Counted from the first letter of the stretch, positions 48,366-58,591 are shown. The stretch is 64,000 bases of DNA from an uncultured delta proteobacterium (GCA_963806225.1 CAWDXG010000001.1:288001-352000), one strand, 5' to 3'. Numbers and translations: made by a program. The notes: generated by a model from the sequence alone, not told the origin.

Positions 48366-49658
48366 TCAGAGCTTCGCCCCGCAGGCACCGCCGCTACATA
48401 TGAAGCCCGGCTGGCAGATGTGGCCGCAGCTTCCGCAGTTGGCGGCGTCGCTTTCGAGATTCCGCTCGCAGCCGTTCTTGGCGATCTTGTCGCAATCGGC
48501 GAAGCCAGAGGCGCAGACGGCCGGAGCGCAAGCGCCTTTCGAGCAGACGCCGGCGACGGTATTGGGTAGCTCCCAGCACTTGTTGCCACAGGCGCCGCAG
48601 TTGGCGACGTCCGTATCGAGGTTGCTCGCCTCGCAGCCATTGGCGGGGTTGCCGTCGCAGTCGTGGAAGCCCGTCGCGCAACTCCCGACCACGCAGCTTC
48701 CCTGCTGGCACGTCACAACCGCGTTGGGGCGCTTGGTGCACAGGTGGCCGCAGGTACCGCAGTTGTCGATGTCGCTGGCGGTCGCGACGCACGCGCCGTT
48801 GCACATGGTCTCGCCTTGACCGCTGCAGCCCGTCTGGCACTTGCCGCCCGAGCACACCTGGTCGGGCGCGCACAGGTGGCCGCAGCTGCCGCAGTTGGCG
48901 GCGTCGGACCGGGTGTCCACGCAGCCGCTGCCACACGCGACGTAGGGCGCGGCACACTGTGTCTGGCACGTTCCGGCGGAGCAGACCTGGCCTGTCGGAC
49001 ACAGGTGGCTGCAGCTGCCGCAGTTGTCGTTGTCCCCGTCCAGGTTCGCACAGTAGGGGCTTGTGGCGCCGGCGCCCCCGTCATCGATGATCACGTCCCA
49101 GCCCGCCGCATCGGCGGGAGCCGCGTCGCCCGCTTCCGTGCTCGCTGCATCGGAGCTGGCGTCGCTCGAGCCCGGGGTCGCGTCCGCGCCGGCTTCAGAA
49201 GTGCCGGCGTCGTTGCTCGCCGGGCCGTGGCAGAGTGTGGTCGGCGCACGACAACTAGTGCCGCAGACGCCGTTGCTGCACACCTCGCCCTGACCACAGG
49301 CCTGGCCGCAGCTTCCACAGTTGGCGTTGTCGCTGGCGACACTGACGCATTTCCCGAGACAGCGCAGCTGATCGATCGGGCAGGGCGGGATGCAATTGCC
49401 CTGCACGCAGTCGTCGGTGCCGCTGCAGGAGTGGCCGCAGGCGCCGCAGTTCTTCGTGTCGGTCTGCGTGTCGACGCACTGCCCGCCGCAGGGCGAGCCG
49501 CTGTCGCATACCGCCGAGTCGGAGGCCCCGGTGTCGGCGGCCACGTCGACTCCCCCGTCGTGCTCCGGCTTCGACCCCGACGAGCTGGAAGTGCATCCCG
49601 AGGCGCACAGACCGGCAAGGGCCGAACAGAGCGCGAAGCGTTGAAGATGCCTTATCAT
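48366..49658 (-). CDS. Cys-rich repeat lipoprotein (Stig1-like repeats)
   Basis: ATG at 49658; lipobox ASGC; seven D..NCG.C repeats; DCD...NGCE. Confidence 0.8.
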   Translation of the reverse strand: MIRHLQRFALCSALAGLCASGCTSSSSGSKPEHDGGVDVAADTGASDSAVCDSGSPCGGQCVDTQTDTKNCGACGHSCSGTDDCVQGNCIPPCPIDQLRCLGKCVSVASDNANCGSCGQACGQGEVCSNGVCGTSCRAPTTLCHGPASNDAGTSEAGADATPGSSDASSDAASTEAGDAAPADAAGWDVIIDDGGAGATSPYCANLDGDNDNCGSCSHLCPTGQVCSAGTCQTQCAAPYVACGSGCVDTRSDAANCGSCGHLCAPDQVCSGGKCQTGCSGQGETMCNGACVATASDIDNCGTCGHLCTKRPNAVVTCQQGSCVVGSCATGFHDCDGNPANGCEASNLDTDVANCGACGNKCWELPNTVAGVCSKGACAPAVCASGFADCDKIAKNGCERNLESDAANCGSCGHICQPGFICSGGACGAKL

Positions 49659-49880
49659 GTCACCGCGCAAGCGCCTCCCATACAAGTCAAACCCCCGCAG
49701 TTCTTTCCGCACAGTCCACGATTGAAGTGATCGGTCATGAGGTTTCGCCTCGCAACCGTCCGCCGGGCTGCTGTTGCAGTCCGCATGGCCCGCCTCGTAC
49801 GCTACCACGGCGCGGCTTCCGCCGCTGCAGGCTGGCTTGGCGTTCGGGAGCGCCGTGCAGGTCCAGAGCCGCCAGAGAGC
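49655..49880 (-). pseudogene. Decayed 3' remnant of a paralogous Cys-repeat gene
   Basis: CTALPNAKPACSGGS(R)AVVA(Y)EAGHADCNSSPADGCEA, a frameshift, then NLMTDHFN(R)GLCGKNCGGLTCMGGACAVT*. Its stop overlaps the next start (ATGA). Confidence 0.7.
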
Positions 49881-50029
49881 CGCCCGATGAAGCGGGCCCC
49901 GGCCCACCGACCCTGCCACGGTCGCCGCCCGTCGCATGAACGAACCCGGCCGGACGAGAACCGAGCACAACCGGCATCGACCCGCGCACCCTGGTCGCGC
50001 GGGCGCGGCTGGGGTAGGCGTGGCGCGTC

Positions 50030-51328
50030 ATGATCCCGCGCTACACGCCGAAGGAGTTTGCCGAGCTGTGGTCCGACAGGAATCGCTACGCGGTGTGGCT
50101 GGAGGTGGAGCTTTCCGCCTGCGAAGCGATGGAGGCGGCCGGTCTGGTGCCGGCGGGCACGGCCGGGGCCATCCGCGCTCTTGGCCTCAGCCCCGACCCT
50201 GCTGCCATCGAGACCATCGAGAAGACCACGCGTCACGACGTGATCGCGTTCTTGACCCACGTGGAAGAGAAGGCGGGCGAACCGGCGCGTTGGCTGCACC
50301 GCGGCATGACATCGAGCGACGTGCTCGACACCAGCCTGGCGGTCCTGCTGGTGCGGGCGACGGACCTCCTGCTGGAGCGGAGCGACCGCCTGATCGCAGC
50401 GCTGGAAACGCGCGCGCGCGAGCATGAAAAGACACCGATGATCGGTCGCTCGCACGGCATCCATGCCGAGCCGGTCACGTTCGGCGTAGTGCTTGCTGGG
50501 CACCTTGCAGAGGTGAAGCGAGGGCGTGCGCGGCTTGCCGCGGCGCGCTCGGAGATTGCGGTCGGCAAGATCGCCGGAGCGGTCGGCACCTACGCCCACC
50601 TGACGCCGGAGATCGAGAAGCAGGCGCTCGACAACCTGGGCCTCTCGCCGGAGACCGTCGCCACGCAGGTGGTCGCGCGCGACCGCCACGCGGCGCTGTT
50701 CAGCGCGATGGCCCTGATGGCCGCCGCGATCGAGCGGCTGGCGACGAATATCCGGCACTGGCAGCGAACCGAGGTCGGAGAGGCCGAGGAACGCTTCGGA
50801 AAGGGGCAGAAGGGCTCCAGCGCCATGCCGCACAAGCGCAACCCCGTGCTGAGCGAGAATCTGTGCGGGCTTGCGCGCGTGGTGCGCGCGGCGGTTACGC
50901 CCGCGTTGGAGGACGTGTCGCTCTGGCACGAGCGCGACATCTCGCACTCGTCGGTCGAGCGCATGATCGCGCCCGATGCGACGACCAGCCTCGGCTTCAT
51001 GCTGCAGCGGGCGACCGGCCTCGTGGAAGGCCTGGTCGCCTACCCGGAGCGGATGAAGGAGAACCTCGAGCAGAGCGGAGGGCTCTTCTTCAGCGAGGGC
51101 GTGATGTTGGCGCTGGTAGGAAAGGGGCTCGGCCGCCAGCAGGCCTACGAGAGGGTGCAGAAGAACGCCATGAAGGCGTTCCACGGCGAGGGAGGCTTCC
51201 GCGAGCTGCTCGGCGCCGATCCCGAAGTAGGTGGGCTGCTCTCGGCGGCGGAGCTCGACGCCTGCTTCGACCTCGACCACGCGCTGCGCTGGGCGTCGGC
51301 GATCGTCGAGCGCGCCATCGCACAGTGA
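50030..51328 (+). CDS. purB: Adenylosuccinate lyase
   Basis: [47 protein letters not shown]. Confidence 0.97.
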   Translation: MIPRYTPKEFAELWSDRNRYAVWLEVELSACEAMEAAGLVPAGTAGAIRALGLSPDPAAIETIEKTTRHDVIAFLTHVEEKAGEPARWLHRGMTSSDVLDTSLAVLLVRATDLLLERSDRLIAALETRAREHEKTPMIGRSHGIHAEPVTFGVVLAGHLAEVKRGRARLAAARSEIAVGKIAGAVGTYAHLTPEIEKQALDNLGLSPETVATQVVARDRHAALFSAMALMAAAIERLATNIRHWQRTEVGEAEERFGKGQKGSSAMPHKRNPVLSENLCGLARVVRAAVTPALEDVSLWHERDISHSSVERMIAPDATTSLGFMLQRATGLVEGLVAYPERMKENLEQSGGLFFSEGVMLALVGKGLGRQQAYERVQKNAMKAFHGEGGFRELLGADPEVGGLLSAAELDACFDLDHALRWASAIVERAIAQ

Positions 51329-51397
51329 TGCCATGCCTAGCAGAGTGAAGGGCGTCTCGCTCGTCACCGCGAAGGGCTGTCTGCTGGAGCTGACGCG

Positions 51398-52138
51398 TTA
51401 CGGGCTCGTTTCCGCCACGGCGCCGGCGGCCACGCGCGCGGTGCGCTCGCGCCACCAGCGGCGCGCGATGATGCTGGCAATGCTCGCGACGTGCCAGGCG
51501 TGGATACCGCTCTGTTCGTCCGCGTACACGGGGCGGACCGGAACGTCCACGACGCGAAGTCCCCGTGCTGCCAGCATCCCGAGCAGATCGTTCGGATAGC
51601 CGAAGCGCGGCCACAGCTCGTCGAGCGGCAGCAGGCGCGCGGCAGCCGCGGACAGCGCCGTGTAGCCGCATTGGCTGTCGTCGATGGCAAGACCTGTCCC
51701 GAGCCGCGTGGCCGCACTCAGCGCGCGCCCACCCCACCTGCGCGGCAGCGGCATGCGGCTGCGCTCGGCGTGCAGGAAGCGATTGCCCTTGGCGTAGTCG
51801 GCGCTTCCCGCCACCACCGGCTCGAGCAGGGACTCGAGATCATCCGGGTGCATCTGGTTGTCGCCGGCCATCACCACCATCACGTCGGCGCGCCCGGCGA
51901 GTGCAGCGCGGTAGCCGGTGACGATGCTCGCGCCGACGCCGCGGTTTTCGTCGTGCACGAGCAGCCGTACGCGCCGGTCTTCGCAGGCGCGGATGGCCGA
52001 AGACGTGTCGTCGGGACTGCCGTCATCCACGGCGTAGATGGCGTCCACGTAGCCGGGCATCGAGCCCAGGGTCCGGCCGATCAGCCGTGCTTCGCAGTAC
52101 GCAGGCACGACGACGGCAATGCGCGAGCCACGCCACAT
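51398..52138 (-). CDS. GT2 glycosyltransferase (DPM1/polyprenol-phosphate sugar synthase-like)
   Basis: VVVPAY.E, VDDGSPDDT, NRGVG, MAGDNQM, KGNRF, DSQCGYT. Confidence 0.88.
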   Translation of the reverse strand: MWRGSRIAVVVPAYCEARLIGRTLGSMPGYVDAIYAVDDGSPDDTSSAIRACEDRRVRLLVHDENRGVGASIVTGYRAALAGRADVMVVMAGDNQMHPDDLESLLEPVVAGSADYAKGNRFLHAERSRMPLPRRWGGRALSAATRLGTGLAIDDSQCGYTALSAAAARLLPLDELWPRFGYPNDLLGMLAARGLRVVDVPVRPVYADEQSGIHAWHVASIASIIARRWWRERTARVAAGAVAETSP

Positions 52139-52194
52139 CCCCCGTCGATTAGCCTTCCGGCCACGCCGTGGCAAGTCGCTGGTAGACTGGAGAC

Positions 52195-53562
52195 ATGGTG
52201 CGGTTCGCGGGGCTCTCGGCGTGGGCGGCGTGCCTGCTGCTTGCTGGCGCAGCGGCGGCGGCGCCGAAGCACGATATCTGCGCCGACCTGGGGCCTACCC
52301 TGGGCGTCGGGGTCTCGAGCTTCTCGGCGGCGGGAAACTGGCCCGAGACCGCGTCGCAGCAGTACGGCGTGAGCTGGAAGTTCCTGTACCTGTACGTCGT
52401 CCCCACGAGCGACCCGAAAGCCGACGTGCAGTCCTTCCTGCTGGGGAAGGCGGCCGACGCACAGGCCCTCGGCGCGATCCCGGTCTACACGTTCTACGAG
52501 CTTCTGCAGCTCGGACAGGACAGTGGTCTATCCGGTACCGAGCCGGACGTGGTCAAGAGCGTGCTCGGCGATCCCGCGTTGATGAAGCAGTACTTCGACA
52601 ATTTCGTGTTCCTGCTGCAGACGGCCGCGAAGGCGCCCGTTCCGGTGATCGTGCAGGTCGAGCCCGATTCGTGGGGGTTCATGATGTGGGCGATGGGGGT
52701 CGATGGCAACGCCGACGCCACGTCGGTGCCGGTCTCCGTAGCGAGCTCGGGGCAGGCGGACGTGGCGGGATTTCCCGACAACGCTTCCGGCTTCGGAAAG
52801 GCGCTCCTGGCGCTGCGTGACAAGTACGCCCCTGCGGTGCGCATGGGCTGGCATGCCTCGAACTTCCGCGTGGGACAGCATCCGGAGGTGGTGACAGGTT
52901 TCTATTCCACGCTTGGAGAGTGGGACGTGATCTTCACCGAGCAGCCCCACCTCGAGGCGGACCCATCGACCTGGTGGCTGCCGTGGGATGTGGCGCTCGT
53001 GGACACGAACGCGAAGTGGTTTTCGGCCGTGAGCGCCGCGGCGCACGTGCCGATCCTGCTCTGGCAGGCGCAGATAGGGACGACCGACTACCATTTCTTC
53101 GACAGCCAGCCGGACGTGCTGAAGCGGTTTGTCGCAGCCGGGCTGGGCGGCGTGCTGTTCGATCTCAGGGGAAGCGGCAATCCGGACGATTTCCGCGCCT
53201 ACGAGAGCTCCGCGCTGGCCACGGTTCCGCCTGCCTCGTCGAAGGCCGGCGGTACTGCCGCCGACATGCGCGCGCGACTTGCCGACTACTCGAAGAGCCC
53301 GCTGGTCTGGCCGCCGGGCTCACCGTGCGCGGGTCCGGGTGCGGGCGGAACCGGCGGTTCGGGCGCGACCGGTTCGGGCGGCAGTGCGGCGGGAGGTTCG
53401 GCTGCAGGCGGCAGCGCCGGCTCGAACACCGCGGCCAGCAGCGACACCGGGGGTTGCGGGTGTCGTGCAGCGGGCGACTCCCGTTCTTCGCCGTGGTGGT
53501 TGCCCGTCGCGCTGCTCGCGATGGTGGCCGTCTGCCGCCGCTCGCCGCTCCCCATCGCGTGA
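52195..53562 (+). CDS. MYXO-CTERM surface protein with a glycoside-hydrolase-like domain
   Basis: Signal peptide; IPVYTFYE, VQVEPDSWGF, RMGWHAS; Gly/Ser linker; GGCGCRAAG...hydrophobic...RR tail. Confidence 0.72.
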   Translation: MVRFAGLSAWAACLLLAGAAAAAPKHDICADLGPTLGVGVSSFSAAGNWPETASQQYGVSWKFLYLYVVPTSDPKADVQSFLLGKAADAQALGAIPVYTFYELLQLGQDSGLSGTEPDVVKSVLGDPALMKQYFDNFVFLLQTAAKAPVPVIVQVEPDSWGFMMWAMGVDGNADATSVPVSVASSGQADVAGFPDNASGFGKALLALRDKYAPAVRMGWHASNFRVGQHPEVVTGFYSTLGEWDVIFTEQPHLEADPSTWWLPWDVALVDTNAKWFSAVSAAAHVPILLWQAQIGTTDYHFFDSQPDVLKRFVAAGLGGVLFDLRGSGNPDDFRAYESSALATVPPASSKAGGTAADMRARLADYSKSPLVWPPGSPCAGPGAGGTGGSGATGSGGSAAGGSAAGGSAGSNTAASSDTGGCGCRAAGDSRSSPWWLPVALLAMVAVCRRSPLPIA

Positions 53563-53568
53563 GGCCGG

Positions 53569-54234
53569 TTGCCGTGGATCGGCCCCCGCGCTAGAGCGCC
53601 CGCGGTGGAACGTCGTCGCGCCATCGTCTACGTCGCCGGCGGGGCCGCGGCGCTGCCGGTCCTGTGGTTCGCGTGGTCGTGGATCACGTATCCGAGCGAC
53701 CGCACGCCCAAGGGGGCGTATCTCCGGGTGATGAGCGCCGTGAACCGCGGTCGGCCCGAAGCGTTCTTCGCCTACATCGAAACTGCGGCGCAGCACGCCT
53801 GCTTCACCATCCGGAACTACCGGAAGAAGGCGCGCGAGCGCGTGCTGCTCTCCTATCCGGAACCGGAGCGCACGCGTCTGGCCGGCGAGTACAAGGCCGA
53901 GGCCGAGGCCGCAGACGGCGCGGCGATCTTCGCGCTTCAGGCGCGCCGGCGCGGCTGGCTCGGGCGACTCAGACGGGACATGTCGGGCGTGAAGAAGGTC
54001 GAGATCAACGGACAGCGGGCTACGGTCGAGACCGTGCGCGGGACGCGCTATCCCTTCCGCCGGCGCGACAACGGCATCTGGGGTCTGACGCTGTTCACCG
54101 CGACGCTGGTTTCCGAAGCGGAGAAGGCGGCGCGCGACTACCGCATGGTCGAGAAGGCCGCCGACGACTACGACCGGGTCAAGGCGGCTCGGCAGGCGTC
54201 GCCAGCAGATCCGCGGCGTCGCGACGCACAATAG
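53569..54234 (+). CDS. Hypothetical membrane-anchored protein (start may be GTG near 53605)
   Basis: N-terminal TM; SDRTPKGAY; C-terminal ATVETV.GTRYPFRRRDNGIWG (NTF2-like pattern). Confidence 0.65.
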   Translation: MPWIGPRARAPAVERRRAIVYVAGGAAALPVLWFAWSWITYPSDRTPKGAYLRVMSAVNRGRPEAFFAYIETAAQHACFTIRNYRKKARERVLLSYPEPERTRLAGEYKAEAEAADGAAIFALQARRRGWLGRLRRDMSGVKKVEINGQRATVETVRGTRYPFRRRDNGIWGLTLFTATLVSEAEKAARDYRMVEKAADDYDRVKAARQASPADPRRRDAQ

Positions 54235-56467
54235 CCAGGAGCATCACGCCGATCGTGGCCATGAGCAGCACGCTGCCCAGGTAGAAGTGCAGCCTCAGGT
54301 CGTTGTGCACCAGCGTCGTGAAGTACTCCGCTGCGCACATCAGGAGCAGGCTCATCCACACCCACGCGTCGGTAGCGTCGAGCGGGCGCTCGGCGGGCGC
54401 CTCGCCGTCCCGGAGGAGCGTGCGGTCGACTACAACCAGCGGCAGCAGGCAGATCAGGTGCTCGTAGTAGTTGGCCGCGTACATCAGGATGGGGAGCAGC
54501 AGAAGCCCGAGCATGGCGGCCTGCTCGCGCCGCTTGTTGCGACACGCGACGGCAAGCAGGCCGACGTAGGCGAGCACTGCAGCCGCCACCAGCGGTGCGC
54601 GTAGCCGCAGGAATTCGCGGGCGTTTCCCGTGGAGCCGACCAGGACGGTGCGGAGACCCACCGGGTTCACGTGCGACTCGGCGTTGATCTGCGCGATCTT
54701 GTCGAACCACGCACTCCAGCTGCCGGGCCCCAGGAAAATCAACGTCAGCCCGACCAGCACGAGCAGCGTTCCGATCGCGGCAAAGCCGATCGTGAACGTC
54801 GGCTTCTGGGCGGCGTAGATCTCGCGCAGTCGCGGCAAGCGGCGTTCGGCCCGCCAGCGCTCACCGATCCACCACAGCGCCGGAACGGTCGCGCCGATGA
54901 CGGCGAATGCGGGAAACGCGCGGATCGACGTCGCAAGTCCGAACAGCACGCCTCCGGCAAGCCAGCGCTTTCGTTTCAGCGCACAGGCGCCGAGCCCCAG
55001 GTAGACGAGCCAGTCGTGGCGCAGGATCGCACCGGCCCAGTTGCTGCCGTACATGACGAAATCGGTCGTGCCGAACACGATCACGCACACCAGCATCGTG
55101 CGCCAGCCGAAGACCCGCCAGACGGCGGCGAACATCAGCAACAAGAGCAGCGGGTCGAGCAGTGCCATGCCGAGCAACGCGGAATGGCTCGCGGGGAACG
55201 CGTTGAACAGGACATACGCAACGGAGATCCACACTGGCGTGGCGTTGCCGCCCAGGTCCACCATGAAGTGGAGCCAGCGCTGGTCGCCCATCACGGCGCG
55301 GAAGTAGCGTTCGTCGTGCCTGTACTCGGTCCAGCGCTCCGGTGAAAACTTGCTCTTTGCGGCCTGGATTTCGCCGCGCATGGCCCCGACCGTGCTCATG
55401 CGGCCCGTGCGCAGATTGCGCATGGGCTGCTGGGCGAGCTTTTCGAGCGGGATGCCCGAGTCCTCGGAGTAGGCGGCCACATCCGCGTCGAAGAGGTTGA
55501 AGTAGCCGACTTCGGGGTAGTACTTCGCCGTGGCGTAGTACTGGCGGAGATCCAGCACGTGGACGAAGCTCCAGGCGTGGAGCTGGTTGTTCCAGAACTG
55601 CGGACGACCGAGATTGTAGAACGCCAGGATGCTGCCCAGTGCGCACACGACGAGCGTTCCGGCGACGACGCGCCGGTTGGGCGCGAGGCGCTTCGGCGCG
55701 AACACTTCCCAGGCGACGACCAGGGCTGCCACTGCCGCGATCGTGCCGCGGACCAGTGAAACGCTGCGCGGCTCGGCGGGCCACGTGTGGAAAAGCACGT
55801 GCACGAGATTGAAGCCCGCTGTCAGCGGCAGGATCGAGTAGAGCGCGATCCAGCGCGGGTTGGCGCGGCGGATCGACAAGAGGACGAACAGCATCAGCGC
55901 GAGCCCGAACAGGATGATGTCCGTGCGCACGAGCACGTGGGCCGAGTAGCTCCGGGGGACGTCCGGCGGGAAGCTGGCGGGAACTTCCGGAAACACCTGC
56001 AGCTCGGACACCGAGTAGTGGCCATCACCGCCCGCAGCCGTGAGCCGCAGATAGCGCCCGCTGCCGTGGAGATTCTCGCTCCAGCGCGCCCGGTTCCCGC
56101 CGCTCTGCACGGGCTCGGCGGTCCACAACGGCCGGTACGTCCGGCCGTCGTCGGAGACGGACAAGGTGTAGCTGTCGTTGCCGTCGCCCTGGAGCCAGGC
56201 CGCGCGGAGCTGGCGCACAGCGCCGAGGTCGTACACGACCTGTGCTCCCTTTTCTCCGAGCACGGCCGTACGAACCGTGTCCCAGCTCGCGCCCTCCGGC
56301 GTCGCGCTGCCGTCGGTGAGCGTGTGTGCTCGCTCGACGTGACGCGCCTCGGTCGGCTGCTTTCCGGCGAGCAGACTGATCGCGTGCGGGCGCCCGCACG
56401 CCGTGAGCACGCAGGCGAGCGCTGCGAGTACGACGAACGCGAGCGCGAACCTGTGCCGCGTCGGCAT
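54179..56467 (-). CDS. Discoidin (F5/8C)-like domain fused to a multi-TM GT-C/GT87-like membrane domain
   Basis: VYDLGAVRQL...SDDGRTY...GRYLRL..SELQVF; then many TM helices with GGNATPVW, AILRHDW, IRAFP. Confidence 0.65.
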   Translation of the reverse strand: MPTRHRFALAFVVLAALACVLTACGRPHAISLLAGKQPTEARHVERAHTLTDGSATPEGASWDTVRTAVLGEKGAQVVYDLGAVRQLRAAWLQGDGNDSYTLSVSDDGRTYRPLWTAEPVQSGGNRARWSENLHGSGRYLRLTAAGGDGHYSVSELQVFPEVPASFPPDVPRSYSAHVLVRTDIILFGLALMLFVLLSIRRANPRWIALYSILPLTAGFNLVHVLFHTWPAEPRSVSLVRGTIAAVAALVVAWEVFAPKRLAPNRRVVAGTLVVCALGSILAFYNLGRPQFWNNQLHAWSFVHVLDLRQYYATAKYYPEVGYFNLFDADVAAYSEDSGIPLEKLAQQPMRNLRTGRMSTVGAMRGEIQAAKSKFSPERWTEYRHDERYFRAVMGDQRWLHFMVDLGGNATPVWISVAYVLFNAFPASHSALLGMALLDPLLLLLMFAAVWRVFGWRTMLVCVIVFGTTDFVMYGSNWAGAILRHDWLVYLGLGACALKRKRWLAGGVLFGLATSIRAFPAFAVIGATVPALWWIGERWRAERRLPRLREIYAAQKPTFTIGFAAIGTLLVLVGLTLIFLGPGSWSAWFDKIAQINAESHVNPVGLRTVLVGSTGNAREFLRLRAPLVAAAVLAYVGLLAVACRNKRREQAAMLGLLLLPILMYAANYYEHLICLLPLVVVDRTLLRDGEAPAERPLDATDAWVWMSLLLMCAAEYFTTLVHNDLRLHFYLGSVLLMATIGVMLLAIVRRDAADLLATPAEPP

Positions 56468-56533
56468 GCCCGAGCATAGCCCAATGTTTGCGGACGTTGC
56501 GGTCGTTCCGTGGTTGCTGCGCGCGGGACCGCT

Positions 56534-56968
56534 TCAGCCCGGCTTCCGCGATTTCGCGTCACTGTAGGCCCGACCGGGCGGCTTGCCCGTTTCCACGGGC
56601 AGCTCCTTCCGGCTCCAGCCTGGAACGACGCGCCCGAAGGGATCGCGCGAGCCCTCCCAGCCCGCGGTCAGATCGGCGAGATCGGCATACCCTGCCGCGG
56701 CCATCAGCTCCGTGGCACGGCGGGAGCGGCCGCCGGAGCGACAGCCGACGATGAGCTTCTCCTCCTTGCCGAAGGCGCTCTCGACAACCTGCATGAACTC
56801 GCCGTTCGGGGTCATCCCCGCGGGGCCGAGATGCATCAACGGCACATTGAACGCCCCGGGAGGATGCCCCTGCTCGAACTCGGGTTCGCTGCGTACGTCC
56901 ACGTACACGTAGCCCGCCTCGAGCAGCTCGGCGGCTTCTTCGGGTGTCACCTTCCTGATGCCGGACAT
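56534..56968 (-). CDS. Rhodanese-like protein
   Basis: YVDVRSEPEFEQGHPPGAFNVP, GCRSGGRS. Confidence 0.9.
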   Translation of the reverse strand: MSGIRKVTPEEAAELLEAGYVYVDVRSEPEFEQGHPPGAFNVPLMHLGPAGMTPNGEFMQVVESAFGKEEKLIVGCRSGGRSRRATELMAAAGYADLADLTAGWEGSRDPFGRVVPGWSRKELPVETGKPPGRAYSDAKSRKPG

Positions 56969-57009
56969 CGTGACCGGGAACGTAGTTCGCGTCGGTCGGC
57001 TCCGCCAGC

Positions 57010-57963
57010 CTACTGCGGCGGCTTGATCGGAGCGGCCGTGGTGACGCCCGCACCCCAGAAGGCCAGGCCAGCTGGGATGTTCTGCAGCGGGATGGCCGTG
57101 CCCGAGCCGGTCGTGAGGTCGATCTGCGCGAGCTGGCCGGTGGCGCTGAAGCCGTACGCCACGCCCGCCCAGTAGCCGAGGCCCCAGAGCTTCGTGAAGC
57201 CAGTGTCGCCGATGAGCTTGAGGATCTTCCCGGTTTTCGGGTCGACCTCCACGATGGAATCGGTACCGGTGGTGGCGCCGTACGGCTTCACGGTGAGGTA
57301 GGTCTTGTCGCCGATGATGGAGACGATATCGCCGCTCGATTCCCAGTTCTGCCCGGTCGAGTTGGGGTTCAGGTTACCGATCGTGGTGAGCGACGCGTCC
57401 TGCGTGCTGATCTGCACGTAGGCGTCCCTGTTGTAGCCGACCAGCGCCTCGCTGTTCGGCAGCAGCGTGCCGGCGGGCAGGTACGTCAGCGAATTGGGAT
57501 AGCTGCCGGCCTTGAACACCGTGCAGTGCGCGGTGGTCTTGTCGATGGTGACCATGGCCCCGGCGCCTAGGCCGTTGTTCATGCTGCCGACCATGTGGCC
57601 ATCCTTGTCGATGGCGATGTCCCACATGCCGCCTCCGAGCGCGGCAGCATTGCCCAGGCAGTCGAAGGTGCCGACGATACTCACCGTCTTCGAATACGGT
57701 TCCAGCTTGTACAGCGTCGTGTTGCTGTGACCGTAGACCTCGCCTACCGGCGCACCCGCGCCCGCCCCGCCGTTGTTCACGTCCAGCGTGGAGCCGTCGA
57801 GCGGCGGCTGCCCGCCGCTGCCGGCGCTGGCGCCGCCTGTGCCTGTGCCCGCCGTGCCTCCCGAGCCACCGCTGGCTCCCGGTCGAGGGCTCTGGCTGGT
57901 TGCCGAGCACGCGGCGAAGAGCGCCGCGAGGCACGCCCCGCCAAGCCATGCAAGCTGTTTCAT
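57010..57963 (-). CDS. Beta-propeller lipoprotein
   Basis: Lipobox FAAC; Gly linker; DIAIDKDG, IDKTTA, SSGDIV, VDPKTG, IDLTTG. Confidence 0.72.
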   Translation of the reverse strand: MKQLAWLGGACLAALFAACSATSQSPRPGASGGSGGTAGTGTGGASAGSGGQPPLDGSTLDVNNGGAGAGAPVGEVYGHSNTTLYKLEPYSKTVSIVGTFDCLGNAAALGGGMWDIAIDKDGHMVGSMNNGLGAGAMVTIDKTTAHCTVFKAGSYPNSLTYLPAGTLLPNSEALVGYNRDAYVQISTQDASLTTIGNLNPNSTGQNWESSGDIVSIIGDKTYLTVKPYGATTGTDSIVEVDPKTGKILKLIGDTGFTKLWGLGYWAGVAYGFSATGQLAQIDLTTGSGTAIPLQNIPAGLAFWGAGVTTAAPIKPPQ

Positions 57964-58024
57964 CGCTCCAGTCTACCACCAGCGGCAGAGTGCAGTCCCC
58001 CTTGGACGGGTATACATTCGGGCG

Positions 58025-58591
58025 ATGCCGAAAGCGAAGCGCTCGCTGGGCCCGTGGGGCCCCGGTTGGCTCAGGGCGATCGCTTTCGCTCTCGGCGTGC
58101 TCTACCCGTCGCTGATCCTGCTCGACGAGTTGGCGCCGCGCACGGTCGACCAGATCGTCCCGCGGCCGCTGCTCTACTTCGCCCAGGTGGCCGCGCTGTT
58201 CCCGCGCGCGTCGACCTACACCATCGAGTTCCGCGCCCAGGGCTGGTCGTGCAAGGACCACCGGTTCCGCGAAATCGACGTGCGGCCGTACTTTCCGATC
58301 CACAGAAACGACAAGGAAAACCAGTTCACCCGCGCGCTCTATTTCTACCTGAGGAACCGCCTGGTGATGCGCGCGCTCGACAGCTACGTGACCTCGCGCT
58401 TCAACCGCGATCACTCCGCGCGGATAGGAGGCGTGCGCTTCCTCAGCCTGCGCGAGCCGATTCCGGCGCCTGGCAAGGCATTCCCCCGCTTCGTGCGCCG
58501 GCCGCTGGCCGGGATGCCCGACAACGAGCGGCACTATTGGTACTGGACGCCGGCTTCGATGCGGCGCGATCGCTGCGCAGAGGGCGAGTGA
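58025..58591 (+). CDS. Hypothetical membrane-anchored protein (possible SdpA-like HTTM partner)
   Basis: N-terminal TM; ALFP motif; GTGA overlap with the HTTM gene. Confidence 0.6.
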   Translation: MPKAKRSLGPWGPGWLRAIAFALGVLYPSLILLDELAPRTVDQIVPRPLLYFAQVAALFPRASTYTIEFRAQGWSCKDHRFREIDVRPYFPIHRNDKENQFTRALYFYLRNRLVMRALDSYVTSRFNRDHSARIGGVRFLSLREPIPAPGKAFPRFVRRPLAGMPDNERHYWYWTPASMRRDRCAEGE

